From positions 1,376,001 to 1,440,000 of the forward strand of contig OY769902.1 of the NCBI GenBank assembly GCA_963669175.1: 64,000 bases of DNA, read 5' to 3'. The position numbers and the translations under genes are program-made. The notes under the pieces were generated by a model. That model ran no database searches. It saw only the letters and a program-made list of their open reading frames with translations, and was not told the origin of the DNA. Origin of the DNA: a bacterium (GTDB lineage Bacteria > Electryoneota > Electryoneia > Electryoneales > Electryoneaceae). Shown in pieces: positions 30,195 through 38,916 of the stretch; positions within the stretch are counted from its first letter, which is position 1; the number at the start of each line of letters is the position of its first letter.

Positions 30195-33100
30195 ATGGTG
30201 CAACTGAAGTCCAGCACACAGTGGATTGGGGTGGTAGTGGCGTTAGTCTTGCTGACAGCCACTGCGTTCGCGGGTGAAGTAACTGACACGTTACTTACTA
30301 CGCAGACGTGGACCGTGGACAACAGCCCCTATGTGATTACGCATGACGTATCCATTCCTGCCGGGGAAACCCTGACCATCGATCCAGGCGTAACCGTCGA
30401 GTTCGATGGCCCCTACAGTTTCAACGTCGTTGGTGTGTTGAATGCTCGCGGGCAGGCAGGCGGGAACAGTCTCGATGATGTATTGTGGGTAACCTTTACC
30501 CAGGATACAACAGGTCTGGACATGGACCAGCGCTGGAAGGGTATTCGTTTCCAGGACAGCGATCCAGGATCTTTCCTGCAGTGGGCCATCATCGAGTTTG
30601 GATACGCGAATGGGCGTTGGCCGGCGAATAATGGTGGTGGTCTGTACGTGTATGGTTCTTCACCACGTATTGAAGGCGTCATTGTTCGTGACTGCCATGC
30701 AGACAACAATGGTGGCGGCATCTACTTCTGGTCCTCTTCGTCCGTTTTCCAGAACAACCTCATTGTCAATAACAGTGCTGTTGTCAATGGTGGTGGTGTA
30801 TATGTTGACCAGAGTGATCTTGATATCAGGAACAACACTCTGGTAGGCAACTATGCCGTAGGTGACGGGAACGATTTGCGGGGTATCGGCCAGGGCATGT
30901 TCGTGGGGCCACAGGCCAACCTGGTCATCCGTTCCAGTATCTTCTGGGCCAACGGTGACAACCCCGGTTCCGGCGACGATGAAGCCTACTTCATTTCAGG
31001 CATCAATGAAGTCGATATCCGGTATTGCATCGTATCGGACCTGGCAGACGATAACGCGGAAGATTTCCTGTACGCGGAACGCGCCTATTTTGAAGAAGAA
31101 CTGTATTACACCCTGTCCGACAGTTCTGTTGGTATTGATGCTGGTGATCCTTCTGATGACAGGGTTGGCAGCGAACCTTCACCGCATGGCCAGTATGTCA
31201 ATATTGGTGCATGGGGCGGAACTCAATATGCCAGCAAGTCCGTGCCGGTAGCCGTACCGCAGGCAGCAAATGGTGATCGTTCGAACCTGGTGCTTTACCC
31301 GACTACCCGGGTTTCAGATACAACTTCCGCATCTGTCGGAATTGGTAACATTGGTCACGATGATCTGCGTTTCTACCTGGATGAAAATTCACGCTACTGG
31401 GTGTTGGATTCATTGCACATCGACGGCGTGGAAGGGGATGCAAGGCGTGCTTACATCAATCACCGTTTTACTCTCCCCAGCAATATCCAGTTTGAAATTG
31501 CCGCAGACAGTACGGATGCTTTTGATGTTCTTTATCATCCGGACCCCTCGGATACAGAGCGGCTTGAAGTCTGGTTGAAGCTGGAAACCAACGGCGGTGA
31601 TTTGTTATATCGTCTGCGCGGTACTCCAGTGAATCCGGGTATTGAGCTTAGCACGACGTCTATTGATTTCGGGACAGTACAACTGGGTGATTCCGTTGGT
31701 GTCGAGTACCAGATTTCCAGCACGGGAACAACGGAACTCGAGCTTACTTCACCTCATCTTGCTACGCTTACAGATCATTTCGGGTCTGACCGACCCAGCA
31801 CAGATACGCCGTGGACGCTCGAACCGGGTGAGACCTATACCTACATCGCGTATTGCAAGCCTATTGAGATTGTCGGCAACCTTCGCGACAGTATTTTCGT
31901 ACGTAACAACGACCAGCTTCTGTATATCAGGTTGCGTGCTTTTGTAGAAGGCCCGCTGCTTGAGACAAACGTGGAAGATGGCGATACCATTGATTTCCTG
32001 TTTGCTGACATCAACAGTGAAACACAGGATTTCGACGTTATTCTGTATAATGATGGCAATGCGGACATGACCGTTTCGCAACCGGTCATTTCCGGCGCGT
32101 CATTCTCTACAGAGCCATCTACTTTCCCGCAGACTGTTGAGCCTGATGACACCCTGCGGCTGAAGCTGGTCTTCGATCCTGACCAGGTGCAACTGTACAA
32201 CGAAACGATTGCCATACCGACGACACTGGAAACCATCAATCTGAGCTTGACCGGCCGCGGAACAACGGGCGGCAGGTATTTCTCAGGTTCGATCCCGAAC
32301 CCGGAGTACAATATTCCGGAAGTCTGGGGTAGCGATGGAGTCATGACATACATCTGCGCCGGTCCAAACGTGATTGACCCCGCAGAAAAACTGACCATCC
32401 TTGAAGGTGTCGAGATCCAGTTTGAAGACACCCTGAATTGGATGGAGGTGCGTGGCACTCTTGAAATTCTAGGTACGGAAGACAATCCGGTCCGGTTCAA
32501 GCCACAGGGATCGCTGCCTTATCATCTTGGCCTTCGTTTCGTAGCCTGCAACACGCAGACTCGCATTGAACATACCATTGTTGAGAATGGCCGCACACGA
32601 ACGATGGACGAAGATGAAGAGGAAATACAGCCTGACTATACGTTGCACGGTGGCGGCATTGCCGTTTATAACTGCAGCCCGACGTTGTACAAGGTGACAG
32701 TCAGGAATTGTGAAAGCCTGAAGGATGCTGGCGGTATCTGGATTTTCCAGAGCGCTCCGACCATCATTGGCTGCACGATTGAGAACAACATTGCTGCTAC
32801 GGATGGTGGTGGTATTACCATGTGGGGAAGCCGTCCGACTTTCCACAACAGCAAGATTCTGGACAATGTTGCTGGCGGTTCAGGCGGTGGTATCTACTTC
32901 AAGTCATACTGTGATCCGATCATTGGCAATGTGTTGATTCAGGACAATGAGGCAACTCGTGGCGGTGGTATCTATGCCAGCGACCACAGCTCACCGATCA
33001 TTCTGAACAGCATTCTGTATTCGAACGAAGCGGACACGGCACGTGCTCTGCGTTCCGTATCGAGATCGAACCCGATCCTTCGCAACTGTGTTATTCACGG

Positions 33101-34361
33101 TCACGGTGACGGAGCGATTGAACACGGTACGAATGGCAGCGCAGTCATTCGCTACAGCATGGTTGAGGGCATGGATGACGCTACCAACCACGTGTTTGAT
33201 GCGGAACCTACAGCCGTTTTTGTGGATACAGTTGATTTCGAGCTTAATGGCTCATCCTCGAGCGACAACCTGCTGATCGACGGTGGCAATCCTGGCAGCC
33301 AGTATGAAGACTACAGCTTCCCGCCGTCGAAGGGCACCATGACCAATGATATTGGTCTTTATGGTGGTCAATATGCAGGCTATTGGGATAATTCAGCGCC
33401 ATTGCGCATCCGGTTCCTGCCGAACCTGGTGAATGCAAGGAACCTGTACATCCTGGTCAGCACGCTGCAGAGTGGTCTTGGGACGCCATCACTTGAAGTC
33501 AAATCGTATACCGGCACAGAGAATCTTACTCTGACCGAAGTCTCAAGTGGTAGCGGCATGTACAGCGCGCAGTACACCACGGAAGAATCAATCTACCTTG
33601 AGTTTTCTGCTTCGCTGGATGATTTCCTGTTCCGTAAAAACCTGTCGATTGCCGTGTACAAGCCGGCAACTGGCAGCACCCTTTCGGATCCTTCAGGCGC
33701 CCGTCTGATTATGCCGCCGAATGCTTTGGTTGGCGAAGTGATGATGACAGGTGATCTTGACCTTGGCGCATCACTTCCGGATGAGGTTCCGTTAGCGGCG
33801 CCGGCAGGAGGACGCTGGCAGGTAGATTGTGCCGCGACCTTCTGGTCCGAACCGGCAGAGATCATTCTGCCCTATGATGCAGAAACCATTCATGCTGGCA
33901 GAGAAGATGGCCTTGCAATCTGGCGCCTCACGGACGAGAATAGGTGGGAGAAGCTGGAAAGCTACGTTGATGTAGATGCGAAGACGGTACACGCGTCAGC
34001 GTACGGCCCCGGTATGTTTGCCGTTGTGAACAATCCTCAGGGTGGCGATTCCAAACTGCTGCCGGTGAGCTCACAGCTTGGTGCAAACTATCCGAACCCG
34101 TTTAATCCTTCGACCACAATCCCATTCGCACTGAATACGGCTTCCAGAGTCGAATTGCAGGTGTTCAATGTTCTTGGGCAGCATGTAGGCACGGCAGCGC
34201 AGGGATGGTTTACCGCAGGTCAGCATGCTGTTCATTGGAATGGACGCAGCCTGACTGGTGGTGAGCTTGCCAGTGGTGTGTATTTCTACAGGTTGGTCGT
34301 ACATCCCGCGAATGGGGATGCCAAGTTGGTGCAGACTCGCAAATTGGTCCTGATGCGGTAG
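30195..34361 (+). CDS. Large secreted protein: beta-helix, Ig-like (choice-of-anchor D/ASH-like) repeats, second beta-helix, T9SS-CTD/FlgD-like tail
   Basis: Signal peptide; GGG(I/L)Y repeats; IDFG.V..G and N.G...L Ig repeats; ANYPNPFNPSTTI...VFNVLGQ...W.G...ASGVYFYRL...RKLVLMR. Confidence 0.8.
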   Translation: MVQLKSSTQWIGVVVALVLLTATAFAGEVTDTLLTTQTWTVDNSPYVITHDVSIPAGETLTIDPGVTVEFDGPYSFNVVGVLNARGQAGGNSLDDVLWVTFTQDTTGLDMDQRWKGIRFQDSDPGSFLQWAIIEFGYANGRWPANNGGGLYVYGSSPRIEGVIVRDCHADNNGGGIYFWSSSSVFQNNLIVNNSAVVNGGGVYVDQSDLDIRNNTLVGNYAVGDGNDLRGIGQGMFVGPQANLVIRSSIFWANGDNPGSGDDEAYFISGINEVDIRYCIVSDLADDNAEDFLYAERAYFEEELYYTLSDSSVGIDAGDPSDDRVGSEPSPHGQYVNIGAWGGTQYASKSVPVAVPQAANGDRSNLVLYPTTRVSDTTSASVGIGNIGHDDLRFYLDENSRYWVLDSLHIDGVEGDARRAYINHRFTLPSNIQFEIAADSTDAFDVLYHPDPSDTERLEVWLKLETNGGDLLYRLRGTPVNPGIELSTTSIDFGTVQLGDSVGVEYQISSTGTTELELTSPHLATLTDHFGSDRPSTDTPWTLEPGETYTYIAYCKPIEIVGNLRDSIFVRNNDQLLYIRLRAFVEGPLLETNVEDGDTIDFLFADINSETQDFDVILYNDGNADMTVSQPVISGASFSTEPSTFPQTVEPDDTLRLKLVFDPDQVQLYNETIAIPTTLETINLSLTGRGTTGGRYFSGSIPNPEYNIPEVWGSDGVMTYICAGPNVIDPAEKLTILEGVEIQFEDTLNWMEVRGTLEILGTEDNPVRFKPQGSLPYHLGLRFVACNTQTRIEHTIVENGRTRTMDEDEEEIQPDYTLHGGGIAVYNCSPTLYKVTVRNCESLKDAGGIWIFQSAPTIIGCTIENNIAATDGGGITMWGSRPTFHNSKILDNVAGGSGGGIYFKSYCDPIIGNVLIQDNEATRGGGIYASDHSSPIILNSILYSNEADTARALRSVSRSNPILRNCVIHGHGDGAIEHGTNGSAVIRYSMVEGMDDATNHVFDAEPTAVFVDTVDFELNGSSSSDNLLIDGGNPGSQYEDYSFPPSKGTMTNDIGLYGGQYAGYWDNSAPLRIRFLPNLVNARNLYILVSTLQSGLGTPSLEVKSYTGTENLTLTEVSSGSGMYSAQYTTEESIYLEFSASLDDFLFRKNLSIAVYKPATGSTLSDPSGARLIMPPNALVGEVMMTGDLDLGASLPDEVPLAAPAGGRWQVDCAATFWSEPAEIILPYDAETIHAGREDGLAIWRLTDENRWEKLESYVDVDAKTVHASAYGPGMFAVVNNPQGGDSKLLPVSSQLGANYPNPFNPSTTIPFALNTASRVELQVFNVLGQHVGTAAQGWFTAGQHAVHWNGRSLTGGELASGVYFYRLVVHPANGDAKLVQTRKLVLMR

Positions 34362-34371
34362 GAGCGAGGAC

Positions 34372-34998
34372 ATGACTGGAAAGAAGTGGACATGGCTCAG
34401 CCTTCTTTTGGCGTCGCTGTTAGTGTTAAGCGTTGGCCTGATTGGCTGTGATGATGATGATGAAGATGATGATGTTGTCACAGGGAATCCTGTCGAGCTG
34501 GCTCGTGAAGGGTGGGATGAGTTCGAAGATTTGAACTATTCTGCCGCGCTTGAGCTTTTCGAACAGGCGATTTCCGCTGGTGCACGCAGTACGGATGCCT
34601 GGGGTGGTGCGGGTTGGAGTTGCTACATGATGGGCGACCACACCGCAGCGCTGGATTTCTGGGAAGATGGCTTCGAACGTATTGGCGATAAGAATGACAT
34701 TCTTACCGGCCAAGGTTTTGAAGCGTTCGACCGTGCGGATCACACAACGTGCATCGAGAAGTTCTCCCAGGTCATAGCAGATAACCCCAGTTACCAGTTT
34801 GAGCATCATTCGGGTACGGATGTGCTGGATTTGACCTGGATGATGGCTTCCTCGCACCTTTTGCAGGGCAACTTCACAGAGAGCTACGAGCTGGTGCTGG
34901 TGTTGAATCCGAATTTTAGTGCGGATCTCGGAACGGAAGCAGGACGAGATGCGTTGGGTGCGGAACTTGATCGTCTGATGCCGATCATTCGCGGATAA
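34372..34998 (+). CDS. TPR-like lipoprotein
   Basis: Lipobox LIGC followed by DDDDEDDD; GW..F...Y.AA..F..A and DAW.G.GW helical repeats. Confidence 0.75.
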   Translation: MTGKKWTWLSLLLASLLVLSVGLIGCDDDDEDDDVVTGNPVELAREGWDEFEDLNYSAALELFEQAISAGARSTDAWGGAGWSCYMMGDHTAALDFWEDGFERIGDKNDILTGQGFEAFDRADHTTCIEKFSQVIADNPSYQFEHHSGTDVLDLTWMMASSHLLQGNFTESYELVLVLNPNFSADLGTEAGRDALGAELDRLMPIIRG

Positions 34999-35013
34999 GT
35001 GAGGAAAAGACTT

Positions 35014-37008
35014 ATGCGTAAGAAATACCTCTATCCGGTGTTGGGATTGGCGTTGAGCCTGGTTATCCTGGCGGGGATGCTTGCCGGTTGTGGAGATGTT
35101 GAAGGCGAGCAGGATACCAACCAGTCACCAGTGGTCAAATTTGTTACCGTTCCTCTGGACAGTAGCGAATTCAGCTATGCCCCGACAGTGTACTGGGCCG
35201 GTAGCGACCCTGATGGGTTTGTTGAATACTATTCCTACGCCGACATCACTGATTCTGCCGCAATCCAGGATCCGGTCGGGTTCTATGATCAGGTTCCGGA
35301 TGAAGCCTGGACAGATCTGATCGCTACCGAAGCGCAGATCTATTTGTTGACAGAACAGGGCGAATTGACTGAACACGTTCTTTATGTACGTTGTTTCGAC
35401 AACGAAGGCGCAGTCAATGAGGATGTCGTGTTCCGTACGTTCTACCGGACCAACCAGGCGCCCTACATTCCGCGTGTCGGTGTAATGGGAGCCAGTGACG
35501 ACGAACTCGCTACTGATGTCTACATCTCGGATACGCTTTATTCCGGGACCAAGGAAACCTCCATCTGGTCCGGTATCCAGTTCCAGTGGCGTTCCAGTGA
35601 CCCGGACGACCAGGCGTTGTACACGATTCCGCTGGAATACAAGACGATCCTGGTGAAAGCGCCCGGTGATACCATTGCCGAGAGCGAATGGACGGAAGAC
35701 CAGGATATTCAGATTGTCAATCTGGAGACTGGTTTCTACACGCTGTATGTCTGGTGCCGTGACGATGCGTTTGAAGAATCACCGGCTGCCGGTCGTGTCG
35801 AATTCAACATCATCCGGCCGACATTCGAGCATGATATTCTGGTTATCGTGGAAGCGCCCGATGGCAACGGTCTTCGCAGTTTCCCAAAAACGGACAGCCT
35901 GAAGAACTACTACAACACGCTGTTTACGGATATCGCCCCGGAAGTCTGGGTTGACGAAAGTGACAGTACCGATCTTGGGCATCTGTTGAGTGATGGGACG
36001 ATACGTTTCTGGCAGGTTGATGATCTGACAAACTACATGGACGCCGTTGTCCCGCATGCTTTGATTCACCAGTACAAGATGGTGATCGTAGCTTCGGACC
36101 AGGTTGTGACATCCGCCCTGAACCAGAACTATGCAGCCTACCGTAATCGCGTGTTGGTTGATTACCTGCGTGTTGGTGGACGTTTGTGGTACATGGGCCG
36201 TTCGCTGCTTCATAAGATCCCGAATGACAACCCGGCTGACCGGGATGACCTGGGTGATTATGATACCATCCTGATGGAAGATTTCTTCGGGGCCGATGCG
36301 ATTGTCCACGGACCGCTGACCATGTCAGGATCTTCCTATGCGTTGGCTGAGTTCATCGGAACGATTCCGGCATTGCAGACCTTCCCGGAACTTGATTTTG
36401 TCGATACGATGAAGTATCAGAATTACATCACGTTCGAAGGGAATATTTACCGCGACAGCCTGAACTATGGTGAGTCCGGCGCCGGGATGATCGTGCGTTA
36501 CAGCGAATCCATCACGACACAATACTTCAATTCCTTCACATCGACCTATATCGGTGTTGTGAACGACGAAAACAGCACGGTACTGCGCGACGATGATGCA
36601 AGCGAACAGTTGCCGAACCAGACTTCCTGCTTCATCCAGACCGATCATGACAATGTCTATCCTGATTCGGTCACGAAGGTTGAAAATATTACTCTCCGCG
36701 ATGCAGGATACAGCAATTGGCAAGGTGAAGTTGTCGGTGTGAATGGCGACTTGATCTACGTTTCCTACAGTCCGGACCAGGACTGGCTGCCTGGCGATTC
36801 ACTGGCGGTGAGCTACAAGTACAATCCGCTGTCAGATTATCATTTGGCGCCTTGCGAGATTCGCAATGAAATCTCGGAAGTTTCCGACCTGGTATTCACA
36901 GAACTGCGTTCACGTGCCGCGTTGACTTCGTTCTCCTACTACTTTGTGGATTACGATGGCACGAAGAGCGCCTTTATCCAGATGCTGAGTTGGTTCCTGG
37001 CTGAATAG
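35014..37008 (+). CDS. Hypothetical lipoprotein with Ig/FN3-like segments
   Basis: Lipobox LAGC; NQ.P...W.GSDPDG.V..Y and W.SSDPD motifs. Start taken at MRKKYL after GAGG. Confidence 0.7.
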   Translation: MRKKYLYPVLGLALSLVILAGMLAGCGDVEGEQDTNQSPVVKFVTVPLDSSEFSYAPTVYWAGSDPDGFVEYYSYADITDSAAIQDPVGFYDQVPDEAWTDLIATEAQIYLLTEQGELTEHVLYVRCFDNEGAVNEDVVFRTFYRTNQAPYIPRVGVMGASDDELATDVYISDTLYSGTKETSIWSGIQFQWRSSDPDDQALYTIPLEYKTILVKAPGDTIAESEWTEDQDIQIVNLETGFYTLYVWCRDDAFEESPAAGRVEFNIIRPTFEHDILVIVEAPDGNGLRSFPKTDSLKNYYNTLFTDIAPEVWVDESDSTDLGHLLSDGTIRFWQVDDLTNYMDAVVPHALIHQYKMVIVASDQVVTSALNQNYAAYRNRVLVDYLRVGGRLWYMGRSLLHKIPNDNPADRDDLGDYDTILMEDFFGADAIVHGPLTMSGSSYALAEFIGTIPALQTFPELDFVDTMKYQNYITFEGNIYRDSLNYGESGAGMIVRYSESITTQYFNSFTSTYIGVVNDENSTVLRDDDASEQLPNQTSCFIQTDHDNVYPDSVTKVENITLRDAGYSNWQGEVVGVNGDLIYVSYSPDQDWLPGDSLAVSYKYNPLSDYHLAPCEIRNEISEVSDLVFTELRSRAALTSFSYYFVDYDGTKSAFIQMLSWFLAE

Positions 37009-37017
37009 CTGGCGCAA

Positions 37018-38916
37018 ATGGATAAGAGCAGCAGTCTAAAAGAGATCATGCAGGCAATCCGCTTCTGGCGGATTGCCTTTTTTCTTTTTCTGGCGCTATT
37101 GCTATGTTTGTTGGTGTTTATAGCCGGGCCGCGTGGTGGAATGTGGGGAGTAGATGCCGGTACAAAAACACTTGCTGCTGCGACCATTGCTGAACAGGGG
37201 CTGGCGTATTCTCTGCCGGTGAAAGCCTGGTTTCTGAGTGGAGATAGAGGGGCCGAGGATGTGTTCGCACCCTATAGTGAGCCATTTGTAATCAAGGAGA
37301 AGAACAGAAGAATTGCGGTCTACAGTCCGCTGTATCTGGCCCTATGCGGACTATCGTATTCAATTGTGCCATCTGTTGAGATTATTCGTCTCCTGTCCAT
37401 TCTTGGCGTTCTGTTGACAGCGATAGCGGCTACACTGGTGCTTCGGCTTCTGTTGACATCAGTCCGAATTAAAGATGATTACTACCATGTTTCAAGCGAA
37501 TTCCTGCTGGCAGTCATTCTTGTCTTTACGACCCCGTTACTTTTCTACGCTGCTGCGATCTGGGAGCACAGCCTGTTCACAGCTTGCGCTACAATGGCCC
37601 TCTTTTTACGCCTGAAGCCATTGATCGGGCAGGGTAATGGTTCTGCTGCTGGTGTCACTGTTGCGCTCCTGACGGCGGGATTTCTGGCTGCTCTGGGAAT
37701 GGCGTTCAGGTCAGAGGGGATTCTCTGGACTGCTATGCTGCTGGCGCTGGATGTGAAACGTCTGCCGTTCTTTCTGCTTGGGGGGGGGGTCGGACTAGCA
37801 TCAATTGCATTGGTGAAGATTGGTATGTACCGGGCAGGATGGGAAAGTCTTGTTCTCTTCCCGCATTTGAGTGAGAATTTTGCGTGGGCTGAATTCTCGA
37901 TATCGGAACGGTTTTCTGCAGTGGTGTCGCAACTTGGGTTGGGTGATCTGCCTGGTCCTAGTGTTCTCTATCTCTTGATACCTGGCGTTTTCTTCTTCTT
38001 TTCGTTTCGCGGACCGGACAAATATCAATCCTGGAGCAGGTGGGCGCTGGCTGTATTTCTGCTGTTTGTCGCCGGTTATCGTCTCTTTGTGCCTGTACCC
38101 TTAGGGGAGACCGCTTCTGCGAGTGGTTGGCTGGCGAGCGCCCCATTTGCGCTGGCGTGGTATTTCATGCCAATGAAAGACGGGCTGCTGCGAAGGCTTC
38201 AAATCCTTGTCGGACTATTCACTTTCGCTGCAATAATCAGCAATCCTGCTGCTGTGGGCATTCACTTCGGGCCACGTTTTCTGCTTGCCGGTATTGCGGT
38301 CGGAAGTATTGGCGCAGTGATTTCCTATTGGCAGGGCGATACGTCAACCAGGCGATTTTTGATGCTTCTGGTTATCTCGGGAATGATAACGCAGGGGTGG
38401 GGAATAAGTCGCCAATGGCAGGTCCGCAAGCAGAATCTGCAGATGCGGAATACGGTAGCTACAGCAGCGGAAGCAGCGCCTGTTGTGTTGTGGGGGTACT
38501 ATTTCGCGGAAGATATTGGCCCAGGTTTACTTGACGGGGCTTTTGTCAAAATCCCGGAGATGCGAGACGGTAATGATCTGGTAGCACTCCATGCCCTGGC
38601 ACAGAAAATTTCACAAGCGAGCGGAGATAAACTCTGGGTATGGTCTGGTATGGCGCAACCTCACCTTTCAGAGGTTGAAGCCTTTTTCCCGTTGCGAGTG
38701 GCTGCTTCGATTGAAGACAGTGCGGGGAGTAGCGAGCATTGGGAGCGAATCAGGCTTGATGCATATGGGGAAGCGATAGCGGGAGAAAGATTCAGTTTGC
38801 AGTGCTATCAGATTCAGAGGGTTTTGCCTGAACCGGATCAAATCCCAGATCTTTCAGCATCAGGCGTGCGGTGGACGAGTTCGGGTTTAATTGCAAAACG
38901 CGGAACAGGCGATTGA
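37018..38916 (+). CDS. Polytopic membrane protein, probable GT-C glycosyltransferase
   Basis: About 12 TM segments; acidic D..K motif in the first loop; TPLLFYA..WEH, RSEG and GPRFLL. Confidence 0.6.
   Translation: MDKSSSLKEIMQAIRFWRIAFFLFLALLLCLLVFIAGPRGGMWGVDAGTKTLAAATIAEQGLAYSLPVKAWFLSGDRGAEDVFAPYSEPFVIKEKNRRIAVYSPLYLALCGLSYSIVPSVEIIRLLSILGVLLTAIAATLVLRLLLTSVRIKDDYYHVSSEFLLAVILVFTTPLLFYAAAIWEHSLFTACATMALFLRLKPLIGQGNGSAAGVTVALLTAGFLAALGMAFRSEGILWTAMLLALDVKRLPFFLLGGGVGLASIALVKIGMYRAGWESLVLFPHLSENFAWAEFSISERFSAVVSQLGLGDLPGPSVLYLLIPGVFFFFSFRGPDKYQSWSRWALAVFLLFVAGYRLFVPVPLGETASASGWLASAPFALAWYFMPMKDGLLRRLQILVGLFTFAAIISNPAAVGIHFGPRFLLAGIAVGSIGAVISYWQGDTSTRRFLMLLVISGMITQGWGISRQWQVRKQNLQMRNTVATAAEAAPVVLWGYYFAEDIGPGLLDGAFVKIPEMRDGNDLVALHALAQKISQASGDKLWVWSGMAQPHLSEVEAFFPLRVAASIEDSAGSSEHWERIRLDAYGEAIAGERFSLQCYQIQRVLPEPDQIPDLSASGVRWTSSGLIAKRGTGD
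37780..37789 (+). repeat. G10 homopolymer inside the GT-C gene
   Basis: CTTG GGGGGGGGG T; the reading frame is intact in this sequence (LLGGGVG). Confidence 0.85.
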
